Shown: positions 35,925-44,736 of the stretch, one piece after another
How positions within the stretch are numbered: position 1 is the stretch's first letter
How the letters are laid out: each line of letters opens with the position of its first letter
Origin: Acidobacteriota bacterium
Lineage (GTDB): Bacteria; Acidobacteriota; Vicinamibacteria; Vicinamibacterales; SCN-69-37
DNA length: 64,000 nucleotides
Direction of reading: 5' to 3'
Assembly: GCA_016716905.1 (NCBI GenBank)
Contig: JADJUS010000004.1
Span: 1,419,603 to 1,483,602 of the forward strand
Made by a program: the position numbers and the translations under genes
The notes under the pieces: generated by a model
Databases searched by the model: none
Told to the model about the DNA's origin: nothing
Seen by the model: only the letters and a program-made list of their open reading frames with translations

Positions 35925-37543
35925 CGGCGGAACATCTTGAGCATGCGGTGGGTGACCAGGAAGCCACCGGAAATATTGAGTGTGGCCAGGAAGATGGCGG
36001 CGACGCCGAGCACGCTCGCCGCAGACGTGAGCCCGCCGCCAATCTGCAGCATGCCGCCCACAACGATGATGCCGCTGATGGCGTTGGTGACGCTCATGAG
36101 CGGCGTGTGCAACGCCGGCGTCACGCTCCAGACGACCTGGTAGCCGATGAAACAGGCCAGCACGAACACAGTGAGGTGGGTCAGGAACGACTGTGGCGCG
36201 CCCAGGCCAACGCCAAAGAGCACGAGTCCCGCAGCCAGTAACGGCCACCAGCCGCCAGACGACGAGGACTCATCGGCGGGAGCGCCATGGCCGCCGCTCT
36301 TGCCATGGCTAGAAGGCTTCTTCGTGGCCGTCGCCTTGGTTGCCTTCGTGGCTACCGCGGCCGAACCAGAGGCCGAAGCAGGAGCGGGAGGAGCGGACTT
36401 GTCCGCCGAAGCTGAAGCCGCAGGCTTCGGGAGCGAAGGCGGAGGTGGCCACATCATCGCCCCGTCCTTCAGCACCGTCATCGGCCGCACGATGTCGTTC
36501 TGTTCGTCGATGGTGAATGCGGCCGCGCCGCCCATCTCTTCGAGCAGGTGCACGATGTTCGTGGCGTAGAGCGTTGAGGCTTGCTGCGACATGCGCGACG
36601 GCAGGTCGGTGTAGCCGATGACCGTCACGCCGTTCACGTCTACAGCCTGGCCGGGTTGCGTCAGTTCGCAGTTGCCCTGCATCTCGGCCGCAAGGTCCAC
36701 CACCACAGACCCGCGCTTCATCGAGTGGACCATGTCGGCGGTGATGAGGATGGGCGCGCGCTTTCCGGGAATCAGCGCCGTCGTGATGATGACGTCCACC
36801 TCTTTGGCCTGCGCCGCGAAGAGGGCCATCTCGGCGGCGATGAATGCCGGGCTCATTTCCTTGGCGTAGCCGCCCTGGCCGCTGCCGTCTTCGTCGAGTT
36901 CCACTTGCAGGAACTCGGCGCCCATGGACGCCACTTGTTCTTTGACGACAGGCCGCGTGTCGAAGGCGCGGACGATCGCTCCGAGCGACCGTGCGGTGCC
37001 GATGGCCGCGAGCCCGGCGACGCCGGCGCCGATGATGAGGACCTTGCAGGGCAGGATCTTGCCGGCCGCCGTCGTCTGGCCGCCAAGAGGACGCTGCAGC
37101 GCGGCGACGGCCTCGATGACCGCGCGATAGCCGGAGAGGTTGCCGGTGGACGAGAGCGCGTCCACTTTCTGCGCGCGCGTGGTGCGCGGCACCTGGTCCA
37201 TCGCGACGGCGCTGATGCTGCGGTCGCCAAGGCGGCGGACCAGGTCGGTGTTTTGTGCGGGATACAGGTAACTGACGAGCGTCTGGCCGCGGCCGAGGCG
37301 CGCGGCTTCCTCATCAAGTGGCGGCCGCACCTTGACGACGACCGGCGCGCTCCACGCAGCGACGGTGTCGCCAATCGTGGCCCCCGCCGCCGCATATGCC
37401 GCATCGTCAAATCCAGCGGCGAACCCGGCGCCTGACTCGACCGTGACGCTGAAGCCTAGTTGTGTGAGTTTGGTGACTGAATCCGGTGTGGCGGCAACCC
37501 GTCGTTCCCCGTGGGCTGTCTCCTTCACGATGCCGACGATCAT
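35921..37543 (-). CDS. pntA: NAD(P) transhydrogenase subunit alpha PntA (dI plus membrane dIIa) with an Ala/Ser/Pro/Lys-rich linker
   Basis: [20 protein letters not shown] and the [21 protein letters not shown] motif. C-terminal 4-TM segment. ATGA overlap with pntB. Confidence 0.9.
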   Translation of the reverse strand: MIVGIVKETAHGERRVAATPDSVTKLTQLGFSVTVESGAGFAAGFDDAAYAAAGATIGDTVAAWSAPVVVKVRPPLDEEAARLGRGQTLVSYLYPAQNTDLVRRLGDRSISAVAMDQVPRTTRAQKVDALSSTGNLSGYRAVIEAVAALQRPLGGQTTAAGKILPCKVLIIGAGVAGLAAIGTARSLGAIVRAFDTRPVVKEQVASMGAEFLQVELDEDGSGQGGYAKEMSPAFIAAEMALFAAQAKEVDVIITTALIPGKRAPILITADMVHSMKRGSVVVDLAAEMQGNCELTQPGQAVDVNGVTVIGYTDLPSRMSQQASTLYATNIVHLLEEMGGAAAFTIDEQNDIVRPMTVLKDGAMMWPPPPSLPKPAASASADKSAPPAPASASGSAAVATKATKATATKKPSSHGKSGGHGAPADESSSSGGWWPLLAAGLVLFGVGLGAPQSFLTHLTVFVLACFIGYQVVWSVTPALHTPLMSVTNAISGIIVVGGMLQIGGGLTSAASVLGVAAIFLATLNISGGFLVTHRMLKMFRR

Positions 37544-37590
37544 TCAGTCATTGTACTCCGGCTCGACTCGACGCCTGGCGATTGCGCGGT

Positions 37591-37785
37591 TCAGTCCAGC
37601 GTCTCCTTGAGCGTTCCGGCTTCCATTCCAGCTTGGGCCGACATCTTTGGTCGCCTCCTGACCACGTGGCCCACCTCGTGTGTGCCGGTGTCTCCAAGGC
37701 CGCCGGCAACCTGCTCGAGGGCGTCGTCGCTGAGTGGTTCCGGGCTCCCCGGCTTCGGGTCCGGCTGTGCCTTCTTGTCGCTCAT
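37591..37785 (-). CDS. Small hypothetical protein (64 aa) with a double-glycine-leader-like motif
   Basis: The ATG at 37785 is preceded by AGGAGG with a 4-nt spacer. Sequence: MSDKKAQPDPKPGSPEPLSDDALEQVAGGLGDTGTHEVGHVVRRRPKMSAQAGMEAGTLKETLD. GC-rich third codon positions in the first half. Confidence 0.5.
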   Translation of the reverse strand: MSDKKAQPDPKPGSPEPLSDDALEQVAGGLGDTGTHEVGHVVRRRPKMSAQAGMEAGTLKETLD

Positions 37786-37822
37786 GTGACCTCCTGCGCT
37801 GGGGGTGTCCGCGTGACGGCCA

Positions 37823-37851
37823 ATGATCAGGCAGGGGCGGCCAGAGGTCAA
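37823..37851 (-). promoter_or_regulatory. Candidate promoter for the small ORF (TTGACC-17 nt-GATCAT on the minus strand)
   Basis: Minus-strand -35 TTGACC (37851-37846), a 17-nt spacer, and -10 GATCAT (37828-37823), about 37 nt upstream of the ATG. Confidence 0.35.
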
Positions 37852-37915
37852 GGAGACATCCGCGAATCGGATCGGCGAGGCGTTGGACCCGCGAGACAGC
37901 GTGACAGTCGATCTG

Positions 37916-37978
37916 CAATCCACAATCAGCAATCACTCCATCCCGATCCTCAATCCTCCATCCTCAACCCTCAATTGG
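37916..37978. repeat. Nine tandem heptamers of CAATCNN/CCTCAAT type
   Basis: caatcca caatcag caatcac tccatcc cgatcct caatcct ccatcct caaccct caattgg. This is the same family as both arms of the 58204-58582 structure. Confidence 0.8.
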
Positions 37979-38021
37979 GGCGCCCATGGAGGGAAGCGCC
38001 TCACAGTAATATGGTGGGCGT

Positions 38022-39893
38022 ATGAACTGGGAGGTCTGGGCGTTCCGTCTGGTGTTTGTCGGGTTTGTCGCCGGGTTTGCGGCCCAGATGGCGACGCGGT
38101 GGCGGTTGATCCAGGCGGCGCCGAACAACTTCACCTTTGACCACCTCGGCACGCGCCTGGACCGCTTCATCGCCGAGGTCGTATTTCAGTCGAAGGTGAT
38201 TTCGGCGCGCAAGGCCGTCGGTATTGCGCACCTCGCAGTGTTCTGGGGCTTTGTCGCGTTCGGCGGCTTCACCACGGTGGAGATGTTACGCGGCCTGGGT
38301 GTGGTGGACCTCACCCATACCACCCTGTTCACGATCTACAAATGGGCCCTGATGCCGTTCGCGTCCGGCGTGCTCATCGGCATTGTCGGTCTCGGCATTC
38401 GCCGCGCGTTTGTGCGGCCCGCCGGTTTGGGTGCGACGGTCTCGAAGGAGTCGCTGCTCATCGCGTCGTTTATCGCCCTGCTGATGATCACGTACTTCGT
38501 GAGCTTCTTCTTCGAGCAAGGCCCGGTCGGACGCGTGAATTGGTGGGTGCACATGCTCATCATTCTGGCGTTCATGGTGCTCGTGCCCAATTCGAAGCAC
38601 CTGCATCTGATCCTGTCTCCGGCGACGGTGTTCCTGAAGTCACCGATTCTAGGCACGGTGCCGAATCTGGATTTCGAGAAAGAGGAAGTGGGCCTGGAGA
38701 CGGTGAAAGACCTGCCTTCCAAAGCCGTGCTCGACGCCTTCACCTGCGTAGAGTGCGGACGATGCCAGGACAATTGCCCCGCGTTCGGTACGGGGAAACG
38801 GCTGAATCCGAAGACGCTGATCCTGCAGAACGAAGATGCGTTGCTGGCGGGGGAGCGCGACAAGAAACTGGTCGATGTCTACGATCAGGACGTGTTGTGG
38901 CAGTGCACCACCTGCGGCGCCTGCGAGCAGGCCTGCCCGGTGGGTGTCGAACACCTGCCGACGATTATCGGAGCCCGGCGAGGCCTCGTCTCCAATGGCG
39001 AAGCGCCCGAGTTCCTGACGCCGCTGTTCACCAATCTTGAACGTCGGCAGAACATCTGGGGCCTCATGTACGACCAGCGCGCGAAGTTCGTGCAGGCGGC
39101 CACGCTCGAGACCTTCGACCCCACCAAACACGAATACCTGATCTGGCTCGGGTGCGCGGGCGCGTTCGAAGCCGACTACCAGAAGTCCATGCGCTCGTTG
39201 TTCGACCTGCTGCGGGCGAAGGGAAAGACGTTCGGCGTGTTGTCCAAGGAACGCTGCACGGGTGATGTCGCAAAGCGCACCGGCAACGAGTACATGTATC
39301 AGGAACTGGCGACGCAGAACATCGCCGACCTGCGGGCATCAGGCGTGAAGAAGATCGTCACGTCCTGCCCACATTGCGTGAAGACGATTGGGCACGACTA
39401 CAAGATGATGGGGTACGAGGTGGAAACCGTCCACTCGGCCTCGCTCGTCGAAGAACTGACGCGCGACGTGATGCTCCAGTGGCGCGAGCGAGAAAACGTG
39501 ACGTATCACGACCCGTGTTATCTCGGACGATACGCCGACGTCCACGCGGAGCCGCGGGCCTTGCTGGAACGATTTGGCGCGTCCATCACCGAGCCGGCGC
39601 GGCACGGCGACAATCCCTTTTGCTGCGGCGCAGGCGGTGGCTTGTTGTTCGAAGAGCACGAGTCAGGCAAACGCATCAGTCAGGAGCGGTTTGAACAACT
39701 GCAGAACACCGGCGCCGGCACCGTGGTGATGGCGTGCCCGTTCTGTTCAATCATGCTCAAGGGCGCGCAGGCGAGCACAAACGCGCCCGTGCAGATGGTG
39801 GACCTGATGACCTGGGTGGACGGCAAGATGAAGGCAGTCAAGCCGCGGTGCGCGCCGGCTGAGGCGGGACAGCCGCAGGCCGAGACACATTGA
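38022..39893 (+). CDS. Membrane-anchored (Fe-S) oxidoreductase, HdrD/GlpC/DsrK-like, with N-terminal multi-TM domain
   Basis: The N-terminal ~200 aa are hydrophobic helices. Then two 4Fe-4S ferredoxin motifs (CVECGRCQDNCP, CTTCGACEQACP) and two CCG-type Cys-rich domains (CPHC, PFCCGAGGG, MACPFCSIML). Confidence 0.75.
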   Translation: MNWEVWAFRLVFVGFVAGFAAQMATRWRLIQAAPNNFTFDHLGTRLDRFIAEVVFQSKVISARKAVGIAHLAVFWGFVAFGGFTTVEMLRGLGVVDLTHTTLFTIYKWALMPFASGVLIGIVGLGIRRAFVRPAGLGATVSKESLLIASFIALLMITYFVSFFFEQGPVGRVNWWVHMLIILAFMVLVPNSKHLHLILSPATVFLKSPILGTVPNLDFEKEEVGLETVKDLPSKAVLDAFTCVECGRCQDNCPAFGTGKRLNPKTLILQNEDALLAGERDKKLVDVYDQDVLWQCTTCGACEQACPVGVEHLPTIIGARRGLVSNGEAPEFLTPLFTNLERRQNIWGLMYDQRAKFVQAATLETFDPTKHEYLIWLGCAGAFEADYQKSMRSLFDLLRAKGKTFGVLSKERCTGDVAKRTGNEYMYQELATQNIADLRASGVKKIVTSCPHCVKTIGHDYKMMGYEVETVHSASLVEELTRDVMLQWRERENVTYHDPCYLGRYADVHAEPRALLERFGASITEPARHGDNPFCCGAGGGLLFEEHESGKRISQERFEQLQNTGAGTVVMACPFCSIMLKGAQASTNAPVQMVDLMTWVDGKMKAVKPRCAPAEAGQPQAETH

Positions 39894-40561
39894 TGGCTGC
39901 CACCGAGTCGTCGTGGCGGCAGTCGCGACTCAAACGCGCCCAGGTGCGCGCGATCGCGTCCGTCGGGTGGCCGGTCATCGAGGGGTTGGGCGGCACCTAC
40001 ACGTGGCGGGTGCTCGGGCAGCAACATCTGGACCGCCTGGACGATGAGGGGGTTGCCCCGATCCATGCGTTCTGGCACGGCCGGGTGCTGGCCGCTACAC
40101 TGTTCTTTCGCGACCGCGGCATCGTGGTGATCACGAGCGAAAACTTCGATGGCGAGTGGATCGCGCGCATCATCGCGAAGTTCGGCTACGGCACCGCCCG
40201 CGGCTCATCGTCGCGCGGTGGCGCGCGGGCGCTGGTGCAACTGCGGCGCGATCTTGCGGCCGGCCGGCCCGTTGCCTTCACCGTGGATGGCCCTCGTGGC
40301 CCTGCGCGGGTCGCACAGCCAGGGGCCCTGTGGCTGGCCGGCGCCACCGGTCATCCCATCCTGCCGTTCCACATCGAGGCCGACCACGCGTGGACCGCGC
40401 GAAGCTGGGACCGCCACCAGATTCCCAAGCCCGGCGCCACGCTCAGCGTGGCGATAGGCGAGCCGATGTATGTGGACGGCACCGATGACGAAGTGGTTGA
40501 GGCCGCGCGGGTGGACCTGGAGTTGCGCCTCCGCGCGCTCGAACAGTCGCTAAAGGCGTAA
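39890..40561 (+). CDS. DUF374 / lysophospholipid acyltransferase-family protein
   Basis: HAFWHGRVL, ITSENFDGEWIARIIAKFGYGTARGSSSRGGARAL, and FTVDGPRGPA motifs, typical of DUF374. Confidence 0.7.
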   Translation: MMAATESSWRQSRLKRAQVRAIASVGWPVIEGLGGTYTWRVLGQQHLDRLDDEGVAPIHAFWHGRVLAATLFFRDRGIVVITSENFDGEWIARIIAKFGYGTARGSSSRGGARALVQLRRDLAAGRPVAFTVDGPRGPARVAQPGALWLAGATGHPILPFHIEADHAWTARSWDRHQIPKPGATLSVAIGEPMYVDGTDDEVVEAARVDLELRLRALEQSLKA

Positions 40562-41476
40562 ATGCTGCTGTTTTCTTCTCCCCGATTTTCCGAACATTCA
40601 CCGCCCCCCGGCCACCCCGAACGAATCGAGCGCGGGCAGGTATTCGAGGCGGTTGCTGAGTCGTTTCGCGCCGGTGGCGGGGCGATCGGGCCGTCGCGGA
40701 TGGCCACGCGCGAGGAACTCGCACGAATCCACACAGCCGCGTACCTCGACACGATCGAGTCGTTGGCCGGACGCGCGGCCACGCTTGATGCCGACACGTT
40801 TACCAGTCCGGAGTCGTGGGACGTCGCGCGTCTGGCTGCCGGCGCGGCCATAGACGCGGCGCGCCACGCCTGGGCGACTGGCGAGGCCGCGATGGCCCTG
40901 GTGCGCCCTCCGGGGCACCACGCCGAACCGGACAAGGCGATGGGCTTTTGTCTCTACAGCAATATCGCGATTGCGGCTGCGGCCCTCCGGGCCGACGGGG
41001 TCGAACGCGTCGCGATCGTGGACTTTGATGTCCACCACGGAAACGGCACCCAGGCCGCCTTCTACGACGACCCGAATGTGTTCTTCGCGTCCAGTCATCA
41101 ATACCCCTACTGGCCCGGCAGCGGAGCCGCGACCGAACGGGGCACGGGTGCAGGAGAGGGCACCACGCTGAACCTGCCTCTGCGCGCTGGTGCGACGGAT
41201 GCGGACGTGCTGAGGGGCTATGAGCAGCACCTCCTGCCGTCGCTGCAGGCCTTCTCGCCTCAGGTGCTGTTGATCTCGGCCGGTTACGATGCGCACCAGT
41301 TCGACCCGCTCGGCGGCCTCCGGATGACCACCGAGGGTTTCCGCTCACTCGTCCGGATACTTGCCAACGTCGGCCGCCGCACCTGCGGTGGCCGGATCAT
41401 GGCCATCACCGAAGGCGGCTACCACCTCGACTCCCTCCGCGCGGGGGTCGAAGTCACGATCGACGAATTGAAGTAA
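40562..41476 (+). CDS. Histone deacetylase-family (class II HDAC/AcuC-like) deacetylase
   Basis: RPPGHHAEPDKAMGFCLYSN, DFDVHHGNGTQ, and the YPYWPGSG and EGGY motifs. Confidence 0.85.
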   Translation: MLLFSSPRFSEHSPPPGHPERIERGQVFEAVAESFRAGGGAIGPSRMATREELARIHTAAYLDTIESLAGRAATLDADTFTSPESWDVARLAAGAAIDAARHAWATGEAAMALVRPPGHHAEPDKAMGFCLYSNIAIAAAALRADGVERVAIVDFDVHHGNGTQAAFYDDPNVFFASSHQYPYWPGSGAATERGTGAGEGTTLNLPLRAGATDADVLRGYEQHLLPSLQAFSPQVLLISAGYDAHQFDPLGGLRMTTEGFRSLVRILANVGRRTCGGRIMAITEGGYHLDSLRAGVEVTIDELK

Positions 41477-41612
41477 GGGGACGGGTGTCGATCTGTGGAA
41501 AATTCCGGAACCGGAAAAGACGTCGGGTATCTTTTTCGTTGCCGGTGAAGCGAAAAAGACACCCGACGTCTTTTCCGATGCGCGAGTTTTCCACAGATCG
41601 ACACCCGTCCCC
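41477..41612. repeat. 136-nt nested palindromic element (outer GGGGACGGGTGTCGATCTGTGGAAAA arms, inner GGAAAAGACGTCGGGT arms)
   Basis: Outer 26-nt perfect arms at 41477-41502 and 41587-41612. Inner 16-nt perfect arms at 41513-41528 and 41561-41576. It starts 1 nt after the HDAC stop and ends 14 nt before the leuS GTG. Confidence 0.85.
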
Positions 41613-41626
41613 CTTAAAATATCGGT

Positions 41627-44158
41627 GTGAGTTACCATCCGCAAGACATCGAGAAGAAGTGGCAGAAGCACTGGGCTGACACCCGGGCGTTTGAGGTCAC
41701 CGAAGACCCGACCAGGCCGAAGTTTTATTGCCTGGAGATGTTCGCGTATCCGTCCGGGCACGCGCATGTCGGCCACGTCCGCAACTACATGATCGGCGAC
41801 ATCATGGCCCGGTCCATGCGGATGCGCGGGTTCAACGTGCTGCATCCCTTCGGGTGGGACGCGTTTGGCCTGCCGGCGGAAAACGCCGCCATCAAGAACA
41901 ACCTGCACCCGGAACAGTGGACGCTCGACAACATCGCCCACATGAAAGGGCAGTTGCAGCGTCTGGGCATCAGCTACTCGTGGGAGCGCGAGTTGGCCAC
42001 CTGCATGCCCGACTACTACCGCTGGAATCAGTGGCTGTTCACACGCATGTTCGAACGTGGGCTTGCCTATCGCCGGCGCTCGAACGTGAACTGGTGCGAA
42101 AGCTGCCAGACCGTGCTCGCCAACGAACAGGTCGTTGATGGCGGCTGCTGGCGTTGCGGCACGCCCGTAACCCAGCGGGAGTTGGAACAGTGGTGCCTGC
42201 GCATCACCGCCTACGCCGATGAACTCCTGAAGGCCGCCGAAGGTCTGACGCAGTGGCCCGAGAAGGTGCTGACGATGCAGCAGAACTGGATCGGGCGCTC
42301 CGAAGGCGCCCGCGTCAGTTTCGCCCCGACCCCAGGACCCCAGGACCCCGGGACTCCGATCGAAGTCTTCACGACCCGCATCGACACCATCTTCGGCGCG
42401 ATGTTCGTGCTGCTCGCGCCAGAGCATCCGCTGGTCGAACAGTTCGCCGCCCAGTCGGCAGACCCAGCGGCCTTCCGTGCGCAGGTCGCGAAGTTCCGCG
42501 GTCAGGATAAAACTGCGCGTATGAGCGGCGAAGTCGAGAAAGAAGGCTTCGATACCGGACGCACGGCGGTGAATCCCTTCACAGGCCAGCCCGTGCCCGT
42601 GTGGGTGGCCAACTTCGTGCTCGGCGAATACGGCACGGGTGCGGTCATGGGTGTGCCCGGCCACGACCAGCGCGACTTCGAGTTCGCCCGCAAGTACAAC
42701 CTCCCCGTGCGCATCGTCGTCCAGCCTGAAGGCGAGTCGCTTGACGCGGACACGATGACTGCCGCCTACGACGGCGACGGCGTGCTCGTGGAGTCGGGGC
42801 AGTGGAACGGCCTGGCGTGGCCCGAGGCGAATCGGAAGATGACCGCCGAAGCGAAGGCGCGCGGCATCGGCGAAGGCACCGTGCAGTATCGGCTGAAGGA
42901 CTGGGGCATTTCACGGCAGCGTTACTGGGGCACGCCGATCCCGATCATTCACTGCCCGTCGTGTGGAATGGTTGCGGTGCCAGACGCAGACCTCCCAGTG
43001 GTGTTGCCCAAGGTCACGGAGTTTACCGGCCGCGGCAGCTCGCCACTCGCGCACGTGCCCGAGTTCGTGAACGTGGCCTGCCCCAAATGCGGCGGCGCAG
43101 CCAGACGCGAGACGGACACGATGGACACGTTCGTGGACTCGTCGTGGTACTTCTATCGCTTCTGCGATCCGCATAACGATCAGTTGCCGTTCGATCCGGC
43201 CAAGGTGGCGTATTGGGGCCCGGTCGATTTCTACAGCGGAGGCGTGGAACACGCCATCCTCCACCTGATCTATTCGCGGTTCTTCAGCCGCGTGTTCCGT
43301 GACATCGGGCTGGTCACCATCGATGAACCGTTCACGCGCCTGCTGACGCAGGGCATGGTGCTGAAAGATGGCGCCGTCATGTCCAAGTCCAAGGGCAACG
43401 TCGTGGATCCCGACGACATGATCGCGTCGTTTGGCGCCGACGCACTGCGCTTGTACGTGATGTTCGTCGCCCCTCCCGAGAAGGAAGTGGAATGGACCGA
43501 TACCGGCCTTGAAGGCGCGTTCCGTTTCCTCAATCGCGTGTGGCGCGTCGTGGTGCATACCTCCGCAGCTGCACAGCAGGCGCCAGCCACTTCGGGTCTG
43601 GTGTTTGACGATGCGGAACGGGCGATGCGGCGGAAGACGCACAGCACCATCCGGCGCGTCACGCAGGACATCAACCCCCGTGTGCATCTGAACACGGCGG
43701 TCGCCGCGTTGATGGAACTGGTGAACGAGCTGTACGCCTTCTGTGAGCTGCGCGGTGCGCGTCCGCTGGGCGTGGATGATGAACCGCCGGCCGTCGTGGA
43801 GAGGCCAGAGACCGCAGCGGTGTTGCGCGAGGCGACCGAGGCTCTGGTCCTCATGTTGTCGCCCTTCACCCCGCACATGTGCGAGGAACTCTGGGAGCAC
43901 CTGGGCCATACGGACGGTGTGGTGGCGGCCGGGTGGCCATCGTGCGACGAGGATGCCGCGCGCGAGGAATCGATTGAATTGCCCGTCCAGGTCAATGGCA
44001 AGGTGCGGGGACGCATCCTGGTGCCGGTGGATTCCACCGTTGAAGCCAATATTGAGGTGGCCCTGGCATCGCCGGGTGTGATGCCCTACCTCCAGGGCAA
44101 AACCATCGTGAAAATTGTCCACACCCCGGGCCGGCCGGTGAGTATCGTGGTCAAATGA
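41627..44158 (+). CDS. leuS: Leucyl-tRNA synthetase
   Basis: [13 protein letters not shown] (HIGH), FTTRIDT of the editing-domain junction, and VMSKSKGN (KMSKS). GTG start. Confidence 0.95.
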   Translation: MSYHPQDIEKKWQKHWADTRAFEVTEDPTRPKFYCLEMFAYPSGHAHVGHVRNYMIGDIMARSMRMRGFNVLHPFGWDAFGLPAENAAIKNNLHPEQWTLDNIAHMKGQLQRLGISYSWERELATCMPDYYRWNQWLFTRMFERGLAYRRRSNVNWCESCQTVLANEQVVDGGCWRCGTPVTQRELEQWCLRITAYADELLKAAEGLTQWPEKVLTMQQNWIGRSEGARVSFAPTPGPQDPGTPIEVFTTRIDTIFGAMFVLLAPEHPLVEQFAAQSADPAAFRAQVAKFRGQDKTARMSGEVEKEGFDTGRTAVNPFTGQPVPVWVANFVLGEYGTGAVMGVPGHDQRDFEFARKYNLPVRIVVQPEGESLDADTMTAAYDGDGVLVESGQWNGLAWPEANRKMTAEAKARGIGEGTVQYRLKDWGISRQRYWGTPIPIIHCPSCGMVAVPDADLPVVLPKVTEFTGRGSSPLAHVPEFVNVACPKCGGAARRETDTMDTFVDSSWYFYRFCDPHNDQLPFDPAKVAYWGPVDFYSGGVEHAILHLIYSRFFSRVFRDIGLVTIDEPFTRLLTQGMVLKDGAVMSKSKGNVVDPDDMIASFGADALRLYVMFVAPPEKEVEWTDTGLEGAFRFLNRVWRVVVHTSAAAQQAPATSGLVFDDAERAMRRKTHSTIRRVTQDINPRVHLNTAVAALMELVNELYAFCELRGARPLGVDDEPPAVVERPETAAVLREATEALVLMLSPFTPHMCEELWEHLGHTDGVVAAGWPSCDEDAAREESIELPVQVNGKVRGRILVPVDSTVEANIEVALASPGVMPYLQGKTIVKIVHTPGRPVSIVVK

Positions 44159-44727
44159 CAGGACAGACTGTGAGGGTGAAGATGACCACGATGAGACGGG
44201 TGCTGGCCGGGATGATGGCCGTGGCCTGTGTCGCCGCCTCCGGATGCGGATACGCACTCTCGGGCCGGGGGTCGTTCCTGCCCGACTACATCCAGGTGGT
44301 GGGCGTACCGGCGTTCATCAACAATTCATCGGTGTTTGAGATCGATCGCGTCCTGACCGATCGCGTTCGCACGGAGTTTGGCGGACGCGGCAAGTACCGC
44401 GTGCAGCCGGATACCAACAACGTGGATGCGATCCTCATTGGCACCATCACCAGTGTGCGAACGGACGGCTCGTCGTTCACGGCCGACAGCCAGGCGTCCC
44501 GGGTTCGACTCACGGTCACCGCGTCATTCCAGTTTCGGGATGTTCGCGACAATAAGGTCCTCTGGTCCAACCCGTCGATGCGTTACACGGAAGAATATGA
44601 GACCGCCAGTGCCGGCAGCACGGCCGGGGATGCGACGGCGTTTTTCGGACAGAACGCCAATGCCATGGAGCGCATGGCCCAGAACTTCGCTCGTTCCGTC
44701 GTGACCTCCATCCTCGAGGCGTTTTAG
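44155..44727 (+). CDS. lptE: LPS-assembly lipoprotein LptE
   Basis: Lipobox VAASGC followed by [12 protein letters not shown]. It sits in the conserved leuS-lptE-holA order. Internal ATGs at 44182 and 44191 are alternative starts. Confidence 0.7.
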   Translation: MTGQTVRVKMTTMRRVLAGMMAVACVAASGCGYALSGRGSFLPDYIQVVGVPAFINNSSVFEIDRVLTDRVRTEFGGRGKYRVQPDTNNVDAILIGTITSVRTDGSSFTADSQASRVRLTVTASFQFRDVRDNKVLWSNPSMRYTEEYETASAGSTAGDATAFFGQNANAMERMAQNFARSVVTSILEAF

Positions 44728-44736
44728 GACACACCC

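Noticed and set aside
41477-41626. Structured region upstream of leuS as a T-box, leader-peptide attenuator or other leuS-specific riboregulator
   Set aside because: The same arms occur upstream of unrelated genes (46542-46722). There is no specifier or T-box motif and no Leu-rich leader ORF. It is better explained as a repeat-family member.
42326-42356. Short tandem octamer ACCCCAGG ACCCCAGG ACCCCGGG inside leuS (encoding [11 protein letters not shown]) as another repeat insertion in a CDS
   Set aside because: Only about three units with period 8, not the heptamer families. It lies in a naturally variable loop before the FTTRxDT motif. It could simply be Pro/Gly codon repetition, so the evidence is insufficient.
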